A stretch of DNA of 63,316 nt, counting the filler, from Craspedostauros australis (taxonomy: Eukaryota), in assembly GCA_030167865.1 (NCBI GenBank). It is 9 parts of 9 records of this genome, joined end to end, with 100 filler letters (N's around TTAATTAATTAA, not from the genome) between each part and the next. Parts side by side here need not be neighbours in the genome. Positions count along the whole stretch, not along the records: positions 1 to 20,272 come from JALAGF010004814.1; 8 more parts are not named here. One strand, written 5' to 3'. The translations under genes and the position numbers were made by a program. Numbering within the stretch: the first letter of the stretch is position 1; each line of letters opens with the position of its first letter. Below are positions 1 through 10,901 of this stretch, piece after piece. The notes below the pieces were generated by a model that saw only the letters and a program-made list of their open reading frames with translations, searched no databases and had not been told where the DNA came from.

Positions 1-2
1 CG

Positions 3-1169
3 CAAGAGCCAGAGCCAGACATTGTTGTCGAATCACCAGCAGCACCAGTCACCAAGGTCGCACCAACTGCGACGCTCATCGTCGACACCACCACTGCCGC
101 CAGCGCACCTACCGTTGTCGTTGTCGAGACCGTCGACGAGGCCGCCTCGGAAGCGAACACCACCGAAGCCGCAGCAGCCGACACATCAGCAGCAGATGAA
201 AAGACCAAGGTGGATGTGCACGGAGAAGTTGCCGAAGACGAGGGCGTCCCAGAAGTTCAGGCTGAGCCAGAGCCAGAACCATCCACCAATGAACAAGACG
301 TAGAGACCGCTTCGTCTGCTTCAGCGAGCATCGCATTCATCGAGAAGAGCGACGCAACCACCGACAGCAATACGGATCAGCTTACCAATCCTGCTTCCTC
401 ATCCTCCGAAGCAAATGTCTCATTCAAGGAAGATGCCGTCGGCAGCGGCGAGCTCGCCGAAGCCATGGGGGATACCTTCGACACCGTGGCAACCGTCATC
501 GACGAGATGCTAAGCGATACCTTGGGAAGCTGTGCCGATAACGTTGAGCCAGCAGCGGATGACGTTAGCCTCGCTCTTTCCGATGAAGAACCAACGTTGT
601 ACACTGGCGCCACAATCGTGGATGGCGCCGCAAGCACTGTGCGATCGTCCGAGATGTTCGGCAGTGTTGGGTGTGAGTGGGAAGTCGTGACCACTGATGA
701 CTGTAACTCTGACGTCGCGGGGGGTAGCGGTGAGGCTGCCGATGCCTCCGCCGCCACTCGCAACGATGTGGGAGCCGCAGCCATTATGATGGGATCCGGA
801 TCCCTGGAGAACGACGACAGCACCAATTCTGACGAGGACGACGAAGACAGCCAGAGCAGCCAAAGCGAGGGTGACGACAGCACAACTTCTCCGACAACGT
901 CCTCGGACGAGGATGGCTCCGAGTTCTCCATGCCGTCATCCGTGCCATCTGAGATGTCTTCCTTCGCCTCCTGCACGACTTCAAAAGTGACCACGGACCA
1001 GCGCACCGCATGGCAGTCGGAGCTGAGCAAGCCTGACGAGAATGGACCCATGGATGAGGATGCCTCCGCCAAAGCCCTCGAACGCGTCCAGGCCGCGAAC
1101 ATTGGAGCCGACAGTGATGAGCGACCCAGCCTCAACGGTGCCACCACCTGGCTCTTTGGCAATTCCTAA
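3..1169 (+). CDS. 3' part of an acidic low-complexity protein with a putative LIR motif and a C-terminal UBA-like helical domain (NBR1-like autophagy receptor), truncated by the window start
   Basis: Frame is open from base 3 to TAA at 1167-1169. It carries EWEVV (WxxV) in an acidic context and the C-terminus WQSELSK...ALERVQAANIG...WLF, which resembles, from recall, the ends of stramenopile NBR1-like proteins. Confidence 0.5.
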   Translation, partial: QEPEPDIVVESPAAPVTKVAPTATLIVDTTTAASAPTVVVVETVDEAASEANTTEAAAADTSAADEKTKVDVHGEVAEDEGVPEVQAEPEPEPSTNEQDVETASSASASIAFIEKSDATTDSNTDQLTNPASSSSEANVSFKEDAVGSGELAEAMGDTFDTVATVIDEMLSDTLGSCADNVEPAADDVSLALSDEEPTLYTGATIVDGAASTVRSSEMFGSVGCEWEVVTTDDCNSDVAGGSGEAADASAATRNDVGAAAIMMGSGSLENDDSTNSDEDDEDSQSSQSEGDDSTTSPTTSSDEDGSEFSMPSSVPSEMSSFASCTTSKVTTDQRTAWQSELSKPDENGPMDEDASAKALERVQAANIGADSDERPSLNGATTWLFGNS

Positions 1170-1318
1170 GCTGAAGCAGACTAGGTGCAACCACCAACGG
1201 CCGGCCCCGTTGCAACCCAAAAGAGAGGGCGATCAACGCTCGAAACTGAAATCACGCCAGTCCATTTTGAATCATGATTGATGGACCTATCCTTCATGAT
1301 ATCCGTAAGGAATTTTCG

Positions 1319-1360
1319 GGACTGGTGAATCCACTTAGCCGTAAGTGGATTTGCCAGTCC
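1319..1360. repeat. Inverted repeat or hairpin (19-bp arms, 2 mismatches, 4-nt loop)
   Basis: GGACTGGTGAATCCACTTA-GCCG-TAAGTGGATTTGCCAGTCC. Confidence 0.85.
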
Positions 1361-2159
1361 AATATTTGAGAAAATAACGACTACTTCGATTAGTTAATTT
1401 CAAACGATTTCTTTTGAGGCTCACGCTCGACATCCGATTCTCGTTTTACTCGTATCACTGCGTGTAAACTCCTCCTCATGGCTTCCTTGTGCTCTGTGTC
1501 AACTCATCCCTTTTGCCCACTACGTCTACCACGCGAGTGTTCATGTATCATTCCAAGCACCTTCGTCTGTTGTTGTTTTCGAACAGCGTCATTTTGTGTT
1601 GTTCCCATGTATTATTCTTATCCTATGTATACTAGCCATTATGTATCTCGTTCAATTTGCGATTTCGTTTCTTTGTATTGCGTCCATGACTAATGATGCC
1701 TGCCAATCGGCCTTGAAGCCTGGCTTCCGCTGCAGCTCTTCGTGCCGCCTCCATTGCTTCATCGAGATTGACTGCCATGTGCCTGTGTTTGTTGCTTCTG
1801 TAGTTCGTGGCGCGGCGTTTGCATGCTTGAGGTTCCTCACTGGTATTTGATGGAGCGGCATTGCCGACTGGTGGAGTGATGTTAAGGGTTGTTGGCGTCG
1901 AAATTCCTCCTATGTTCGACTCCACAGATGAAGCATCGTCTTTGTCGCTGTCGCTCTTGCTGTGATTGTTGTTGTTTGGTGGATTGGTTCCTTCTTTCTT
2001 CTCCCGAGCAAACTGCGCTTTCACTTTCTCAGCCCAGTCCACCCCTTCAGTGTGAGCGATGCGATGGCAGCAGTTCTGGATGACGATAGCATTGGCGAGC
2101 TTCGTTATGTTCATGAGAGTGACCGTGGGGGGATGCCGCATTTCTGCAACCATTCTCGC

Positions 2160-2356
2160 TTCACATCATTACAGCATCGCGACATCTCGGCATCACATCA
2201 TTGCGACATCACAGCGTCGCAGCATCACAGCGTCGCAGCATCGCAGGATCACAGCATCGTAGCATCACAGCATCGCAGAATTGCAGCATCATATCATCAT
2301 GGCATCACAGCATTGCAGCATCCCAACATTGCAACATCACAGCATCAGATCACATC
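2160..2356 (+). repeat. Degenerate minisatellite built from CATCACAG/CATCGCAG units
   Basis: Repeated catcacagc(g/a)tcgcag-like units, which give ASQHH repeats in translation. Confidence 0.7.
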
Positions 2357-2995
2357 AGTCCAAGTTGCATCATTGTTGATCCCCCAAAGAAGCCATCAGG
2401 AAAGTGCACACCCCCCACAGGCACATTGCCATCCTTGCCCACACACAAGCCCCTTGCATACGACAGGTCGCCCAACAGCAGCTCACGGCCACATATCATA
2501 TTCCTGAATGGTGTACCTTCCTCTGCCATCTTCTTTGGAGACAACAACAGCACATCTAATTCTGAGCGAAGTCCAACCTACAGAGACTGCCATGGACACA
2601 ATGAATCCTGCAACACCAGCAACATCTGGGGTAATCCTGATCTGCCTGCTTTGGACGCCACTGCCTCCTCATTGGACATTGATGCCAACCATCAGTCCTG
2701 CCATGACGATGCCACAAATGGCATCACAGTCAGCCCCATCCCTTTGCCAACACAAAAATCCTACACCAACAGCAGTACTACATCGGAGTTCTCCAGGGAC
2801 AGCACCACCACACAAGGAAGTTTGGAGGGTTCTGCATGCTTCACTGGTGATGACAGCAACCAGAGAACCATTCCACAACTGAATTTCCCTCCATTCCCAA
2901 CACCAACAGATGGGCAATCCAGACACAATACTGTCATCTTCTCCAAAGAATCCACCAAGCCACCCTGGGATTCCTGCCATGCAGCCTCCCCAGGG

Positions 2996-3673
2996 TTTTA
3001 AGAATTGGAGGTGCAACTTCGTAAGGATACCCATGATTGCCACACCTCCCAAAGATTATTCACCACACCTTTCAGTCTTATCCATCACACTTGTGAGCCA
3101 AGATAAATGTGATTGATCTCAGTCCCAACAAGAAAAACAGCCTGTCCTCCTCGAACCAAGAAAAAACACGACATTGTAAGACAGGATGTCCCAACATCAA
3201 ATCAAACAACATTGTCATAGGGGAAAGATTGATGACCAGCAGGCTTGTGATCACCCCATCTGGAGAATGACACACGTGCATCTCATGGACTGGAATATCG
3301 CATGATTGAACAATCAGAACAACTCAGAAAAGACATCAAGCTGACATCAATCGTAAAACAGGTTTCACGGAATCAAGGACAAAACCTATGATCAGACAAA
3401 TGCACGATTGTGGAATTGTACCACATGAATGTAGGCAATGACAAGAGTGATGATATGTATGATGAAGATGCATGATGGAAGACCTGATGAGATGCATGCA
3501 AGGAAACATGATGAAGACAACATGAATACAGCAGTATGACAAGATGTTACTACAGGAAATGCCTGATATGAAATTGAAATTGAAAGAAATGAAGAGATTG
3601 AGCTCACAGTTCTAAAACGGTACGATCGAATAGCAGACTAGGTTCCTACTATCATAACCCTGGATTTCCAACA
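2996..3673. mobile_element. Family A solo-LTR-like insertion, copy 1, with 6-bp TSD CCAGGG
   Basis: CCAGGG at 2990-2995 and 3674-3679. Ends ...TAACCCTGGATTTCCAACA; starts TTTTAAGAAT (degenerate TGTTAGGAAT). Collinear with 14202-14931. Confidence 0.85.
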
Positions 3674-6600
3674 CCAGGGGACAACATCACCAGACATCTG
3701 GTACCTCTTCTTCACCCCATGGCTCCTCCTCCATATACGCCCCTACCCATTGGAAATCACAAGCCAAGATTTGCTGGCATTCGGAATTTGAAGACAACAG
3801 TGCACAGCCTTCTCGAGATCATTTTTCCACATACATTGATGGAAAGAATCCAACGGCATTCGCACAATCATCTGCAGAAGAGCGGCAGCATGGCCCCTGC
3901 CATCACAATTTCCGAGCTGTACACATTCCCGGCAATGCACTACTACATGGGAGTACGGAACGCACCATCAAAAGAGGGACTATTGGCATGACACCTGCGT
4001 ATCCGTCCCTACCAACACACTCATGACCCACTTGAGCAGGAATCGATATGGCATCATCTTCCAGCATATCCATTTCACTGCAGAGCTTCCAGATGATGAC
4101 AACGGATCATCAGCATCTTCCACCACACCCATCAGCTTCGATGTCAATGAAGATGATATGCGGAGGAGTGCAGACAGTACCACCATTGCATCACGAAGTC
4201 AGCTATCATCCATCAGCACAACTTCATTGAAGGTGAACAGTGCAGAGTCCAAGGATACCGGAGCCTCCAATACGAAGCCACCAGCACAAAAGAAAGCCAT
4301 ATTAGCTCAAACTAGTATTCCCATTAGTCGTGTTAAGATATAGTCTAGTTAGTCAACTGTCCAACTGCTCAGAATGTTTGAGCGAGATTGAAGCGTGACT
4401 CGATGTCGGTGGGATGGGGTCCCACGGGGTCCCACCGCACGAATCATGCTCGACTTAGGACGAAATCGCTCGTCTGACCAATTGGGGATTGAGCGATCGT
4501 GCCATCCCACACCACTTATGGGTGTGACATGGGTCGTCCCGGATGGACAAACGTACCAGACCGTTGAATGAACATCATTCCCCAAAAGCGATCGGAAGAG
4601 AGTGAACAACAAAACACTCTCTCTCCGGCCATCACGAAATTGATGTCTCCTCTCTCGAATGGTAACATCGACACTGTGATGATTGCACGTGGGAGACTCA
4701 ACGCTCCGCAATACCACTAGTAATAGAGATGATGCAGATCCAACTATAATGGATGCTGCTCATCACCTGCTCACAATCCTTTTGAAAGTCTTGTTTGGAT
4801 GCGTTACAGCTGTAAGACTAAGAAACACACACACCCACAACTTCATCAACCTACTGCACTATCACAGATTGATCACCCTTTGGTGTACAGTAAGTTACCC
4901 TCGTTTTCATTTTCGTTCTATCAGCCTTCCCTTCCGGATCGTGTTCCACCAGCACACGAAAATCCAACTCTACGTAATGAAATAGCAAACAGAATACCAA
5001 ACAACAACGCCGTCTCCCACGATTGCAAGGTATCCATCTACGGAACTTGCCAACACACTTTGGGGTGTGCAATGTGGCAGAAACGTCCTGTGTTTCATGG
5101 AGTGGATAGATGGGGTGTATACAGAGCCATTGTTTTGTGCATTTTGAAGAAGTACAATGATGATGATGATCATGGGTGCTGAGTGGAGGGCAACATTGCC
5201 CAAAATGAAATTTACAATAAATTCTATATTAATTCAACTTCAATATTCTGAATCACCGATAGTCAGGTGTCTGAATTTACTGTTTAGATTTAATTGTAAA
5301 TGATGTGTTGTTGAGATATAGCATGATAAACAGATATTTGGATGTTTTTGGGTGGGGTCTAGATTAGCCTACATATCACAACCCATCACCCACAAAACTC
5401 CACAACTAGTGTTATCGTGGCAATGCACACCCATCACACAGTTTCTGTCTCATCATCCAACACAGCCTCACTTTCTGTGTTGGCCTTCATTGTGTGAGCA
5501 TCACACCACATCTGGTCCAGTTCCTCTTCCTCTCTCTGCAACTCCTCTTCTCTTTGTTCCTCCTCTGTTTCAGCTGTTGCTGTTGCTGTTGCTGTTGCTT
5601 TGCTTGTTGTGTTGGTGTTGTGTGTTGTTTTGGTCTCTATCTTGACAAGTGTAGTCTCCTTTTGTTTGCGTTGTTTGGCGTTGTACGCTGCAAACAACAA
5701 CACTTTTACATGCTTTGGATTAGCATGTAGTTGCACATACCAGTCAGTTTTGGTTTTGTCATTATACATCAAGTGCTTGTGTGCTTTGTGTTTGGATGGT
5801 TTGTTTTTGGGTCTTTCATGGATGCTTCGCAGATGTTCTTCAATTTCACCATAATGTAGCCTGGCAGATCCACTGGTTTGTGCATTGTTTTGCTTGCCCA
5901 GCCTTGCACTGCAAGTGGTGGGTGTTCTGTTTCCTTGGCCTGATCTTGTAATGCAATGGTGTGATTGAATAGAATGTGTGCTTGTCTGTCTTCGATGGCT
6001 TTACCGAATGTGAGTGCCTTGCTCTTTGCAGCTGTGCGCCCAATTTTGCGTGTCTTGTCCCTCTTCCTGGATGATTCCGACGTGATTGGCGGTTTGTCAC
6101 ACGTGTGCATTTCCAAGGAGAGATGCATGTAATAGAGCAAAACTAGTACCTACCTTAGAGAGAGAGACTACGAACCATCTGACCTGTCAGCATTCCAATA
6201 GATCAAATGCATACCTCACCGGCCCCCACGTTTGGGGACCGATCCAGAACATTGAAGCAGATCTTTGGAACCCGTGTCAAGGAACCAGAAGGGTTCCGAT
6301 AACCAGGTCACTGACACCCATCATCGCCAAAAACGCTGACACATGGAGACGGTGCCTCAGTAACGCACATCATCGACCCTTGTCTCTCACGGAACTCAGC
6401 CAAGGGATCTCGACCCACGGTACTTGGGCTACGTGACCCATACACACTGTCACTCAGGACACCACAGGAGACCCTCCCCGCAGGGAAGAACCATAGCAAT
6501 AATCTCATAATCCGCACGTTTCTTCACCCTCTACCAGTATTCTCAATTGACTACTTGTGGAACAGAAGACTCACGTTCAGACCACTTGCCAATCAAGCCT

Positions 6601-7571
6601 CTGCCCTACAGCTAACAACAGCCAACAAGACAACAGCCATTACGTTTGGGCTCTATTAGCATGTGCAAGGGTTAAATTGCGAAATGGTGCGAACACGGGT
6701 GTCACCCATAAGCAACCTACACTAGATGGAGCAATGCATGTGTACGGTTGGATAAGCCTCATAATATTCATCTTTATGGGTTTGCCACCTCTATTTTTGG
6801 TTTCATGCGTGCAATGACTTGAGAAGATTCGTTCTTTGCCAACGGCGGAATGTCGAGTTTGGCTTTCTCGTGTCTGGGTGACAAAATCGTTGTTGGGTGT
6901 CGAATTAGTCGAATTAGTCGTACTAGTCGAATTTCCGTTTTGATGATTTTCCGGGTGTCCCAGTTCCTGGAGAAACTGAGTCAAACACAACAGGAACAAT
7001 TGAAACAACAGGACACCCTGATGCCACCAAATCGAACAACAAGCCAGCCGAAAACCACCATGCCAGCGACCCCAAGTTGTGGGATAATATGGTATCCGAG
7101 AATCACATGCGGGACTCAACTGGTATCCAAGACTCGAATCGATCGACTCGAAGGTATCCGAGAGTCAGACATGTGACACGATCGTATCCGAGACTGAGAA
7201 GGATCCCAGAAGCATAGCTCTACCGCCCCGCACAGTATACTACTTCAAATCGGATCCTGGAAGAGAGGCATGATTGGTTCAAAAGGTCCCGCCTACCAAT
7301 GACACGGATGCACGATACATTCAAACCAAAAGAGGAGAAACTTCAGATAGCAATGCGAATGCCAAGCAACTCAATGAAGCAACATCCATACATAATTACA
7401 CTCACAATTAGCAGCACAGTTACAATGCATTCCTAAGTTGCTAGTTGTCACCAGAGCCAAGCAGCGTCCTCGTCCAAACCAGGCGAGTCCACTGCTGGGA
7501 AACAACACAAGTGTGACCAACAACCGTGACAACCCACACCAATCCTGACGTATCCTGACATATCCTGACAA

Positions 7572-9017
7572 GTGGACATTGACATCGTTCTAGTAACGAA
7601 CGGCAACACCGCCAACAAAGTCAACAACAAAACGAAGCAGGCATCGACGACCAGAATACAAATCCCCGTCGTCGGTCCCATCCTGCAGGCGCTACCGTTG
7701 CCCGTCGGCAGCGAGCTGATCCTGGATCCGCCGACGCCGTTGCAATGGAAGACGATCGAGGAATGCGTCCAAATTCACAACGACAGGGAAGAGCAGCCGA
7801 CAGACACCGTCGTCAAGGCCACCGTCGATGCGGCACCCCTCGTGGCCATCCTCGATCACCAATACGATGACAACGGCAACAGCAACTACCTCGCCGATGG
7901 ACGATACGCCACACTGGCTGCCATCGTCGGCATCTCCACGTCGTCGTCGGCCGCCACGACGATTGACACGACCGACACGGCCAGCTTCCGCGAATCCCTC
8001 ATGGGCGTGCATTCCGAATCCAACATGCTCAATTCGCAGGAAAGCCGCATTCGGTTGACCGGCATCGGACGTGCCAAGTTGCATCATTTTACTGATGAGG
8101 AAACAACGTTTGACGTCGTGTTTCGGGAACAGAAAGAAGCGGCGGCCGCGGCGGAAGGCGAGGACGAAGATGAAAACGAAGAAGACAATTCCAACAAGAA
8201 CATACCAGAAGGCATGTCGCAAGAGGAACTGTGGCGTATGCAGCAGCGACAGCAACAGCAACAACGCAGTGGTGATCACATGTACGGCGATGTCAACAAT
8301 CCACAAAAACATAACAGCGATGAGGACGAGGATGATGACGCCATGGCGCACATGATCATTGACACCGAAAGCCGCATCCTTAAACCGAGATGAATCTCCT
8401 CATGGACAGCAACGATTTGGAGTTGGCCTTCGAGCAGTGGGAGGATCTGGATGGCATCGGTCAGCTCTTTGCCGACGACTACGATGCCAAGAAATCGCCG
8501 CCGCTGCCGCAACGTCTCGTCAACGGGAACCGCCAGCGCGAGGCGTCGCCGCAAGTTCAGAAACAGCAGCAGAAGCTCAAACCGCAGTTGCAGACCCATT
8601 TCATCCAGTCCAATCAATCCAGATCCATCTCCAAATCGGCGCAGGAGCTGCTGCAAAAGACCAACTACGGCATGGGATGCTTGCCAACGTCGTACACAGC
8701 TGCCATGGCCCGCGGCGGAAACGCCAGCGCGCAGCCTCTCACTGCCATGGTCCAGGTGCTGCTGGAGAGAGCTGCGTCCGTACTATTCGCAAGAACAGCT
8801 CAAGTCGGAGTCGTTTGGCTACACCGCTCTTTCACTGGTGGCGCTATCCAGCTTGCAGTGCACCATCTCGACGCAGCAACTATCGATGACGCTGCAAACC
8901 ACGGACATGGTCGAGTGTCTGGAATGGATGGAGGAGTATTCGAATGGATTGCAGGAAATGGCAGAAAGTCGCAAGCAGGAGCTGTTGGATTGTGGTGAAC
9001 GCACGGGGGATTTGTGA
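7572..9017 (+). pseudogene. Conserved hypothetical algal-type protein (weak Lon N-domain-like flavour) split across frames by two compensating frameshifts; pseudogene or assembly error
   Basis: Protein-like segments at 7572-8390 (RIRLTGIGRA), 8390-8765 (NYGMG) and 8768-9017 (LRPYYS...ELLDCGE). First and last segments share a frame. Start codon unresolved. Confidence 0.55.
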
Positions 9018-10901
9018 AGCGGCGATGCAACACTGTGGAACGCGACGTGACGCGACGTGACGCGACGATGATGGATTAATTGAGGCACATAGTAGTAGAG
9101 CAATGCTTCAGTCCTACGATTATGTATGATCGACGATGCGGTGCAAACACCTAGCCCGTATTCGATTTACATGATGGGGATGATACTGCCAAGAGAAACA
9201 GTTCCTTGCAGCTGACGTCGTTGTGCAAGCCGTCTCGCCAACCTCGTCCATTCTTGTTTCCATTCCATACGTTTGGTATCTCAAGTCAAGCAAATGCAGG
9301 TATCGGGAGAATCACATTACGATCCACTCGACTCTTCCACGGTATCACCTCCAACCCAACCGACGAACAGAGAGCTCCGATTGCAGCATGGATGGGGACA
9401 CCCACGCTACCATTCTGATGTGATGAACACGAAGTCTACATGTGTTTGGAAGGTGCACAACAGAGCGCCTACACCAAGTGGCGAAACGCCTGATGCACTT
9501 GAAGACAATTGCGAACGTGGGTGACAACTCCTGCAATTATGTGACTGAAGCACGAAGGCTACCAATGGGGATGCTTTCCATTCATTGATGAACCATAAAT
9601 TATGTGGCTGAAGAGGAATTGTTATGTGCATGGGGACGTTGTCGAGGCTGTGATACAATTGCAATTAGGGGAGAGATGACAAGTTGCGAAGGTGTGAGGT
9701 TCAGCGATTGTTCGCCTGTCGTGACAGGACCAGTTTCCAGACATTGTTTCTCCTCCCAGCCCACGCTTCAACATCTTTGTTGTTTTTCTCAGTGCTTCTC
9801 TGGGTGCATCACATTCATAATGAATTGGAAAGAGCAGATTTGCGCCAGGACCAACAATAAAGAGGTTCGCATTTATCGTATCGTATGTTATGGTGTGGTA
9901 TTGTGTTCTGCACCATGGTAGAATATGTACCATGCAAATGGACGTGCTGTTCCCTCCATCACATGATAGCATCAAATCTGAGGCTTCCTTCGCATCCTTG
10001 GACGGGAAGGTTGAGGTTCGTCGGCAGCTAGGGAAGCCATCGCGTGGAAGGTCGGCCGATTCAGCAAGGGAACACACGCACGAGCCATACAAAGAGGTAC
10101 CACATCCATAATTGGATGACGTTGAACTTTCTCGTGATCCTGGAGAGCTTGGTGTAGAATTCTACCCTTGCACATTGCCAACTCAGAGGACGCAACCTCC
10201 GATGCCGAGAATCAAAGTGAAGCCTCCCGAGAAGCAAACCCGAATTACACCACAGAGATGACCAACCACCAAGCAAACATTCGCAGCAAGGCTTGCAATG
10301 CGATGCGCACCAGCGTTCGACTCTGATACGACCACATCTGGTGCAGGAGGATGGTGGAAGAATTCATTCATCTGCGGCATGGCTTCAACGCACGTCGCGG
10401 TGTTCATCGCTTGTCGGCCCGCTCCGCCCCGCCGCTCGAGAAATCATTTGTCCTCCTCCAAAACCGATCTTGTCAGTCTCATAAAACCAATCGACCACCA
10501 GATTGCAAGACATCACATCACCACAGAACAGACAACAGCCAACAACCGTTAACCAACAACCATCGCAAGGTGAGCACAGGTCAATCCGAGGCTGAAGAGA
10601 CGACGAGCTATCCAAAGACGCTACGGATCCTCACCCTGTCTTCCCATGACAATACCAGACTCGCACTAGGCAACATCTTGCTGCCGAATCCTCCAACTCT
10701 GCCAGCCTTCATTGACTCACGCTTTCCCTTTCCACATCACCGTTGCTTTCGCATGCACACCTCGTCGAATCATCGCAACATCCTGCTGATTCCACAATCT
10801 ATCTGTGCTCTATTCGGATTCATCGCGAACTTGGCGCACACACAATTGATCCAACCACTCTCGTTACGACAACGGCAACGACAACGACAACGACAGCAAC
10901 C

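Larger units (their letters stand above)
1291..4343 (+). mobile_element. Degenerate piggyBac element (transposase pseudogene) interrupted by a family A insertion
   Basis: ORFs 3719-3991 and 4023-4343 (YTPLPIGNHKPRF...ELYTFPAMHYYMGV..AP..., SRNRYGIIFQHIHF) align by eye with the transposase at 42876-45218 (YAPLPISSHKPLF...EIYLFLAIYYYMGV..AP..., TRARYEVVWNHIHF). Frameshift near 3975; no DDD core visible. CCTTCATGA at 1291 resembles that element's 5' terminus CCCTTCATGA. The right boundary is uncertain. Confidence 0.7.

Noticed and set aside
377..1162. Long antisense ORFs here and opposite other genes (e.g. 12301-13317, 21754-22431, 52717-53610)
   Set aside because: These are shadow ORFs expected from the codon bias of the sense-strand genes.
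4311..4722. Possible insertion bounded by ACTAGTA direct repeats
   Set aside because: There are no terminal inverted repeats, and transposase homology does not visibly resume afterwards.
5434..6140. Minus-strand ORFs with a Glu-rich stretch
   Set aside because: They are fragmented and low-complexity with no recognisable motif. They may be a decayed gene, but I cannot support a call.
7092..7195. Mini CRISPR-like array
   Set aside because: The repeat core is only about 10 bp, the period is 31 bp and the spacers partly resemble each other.
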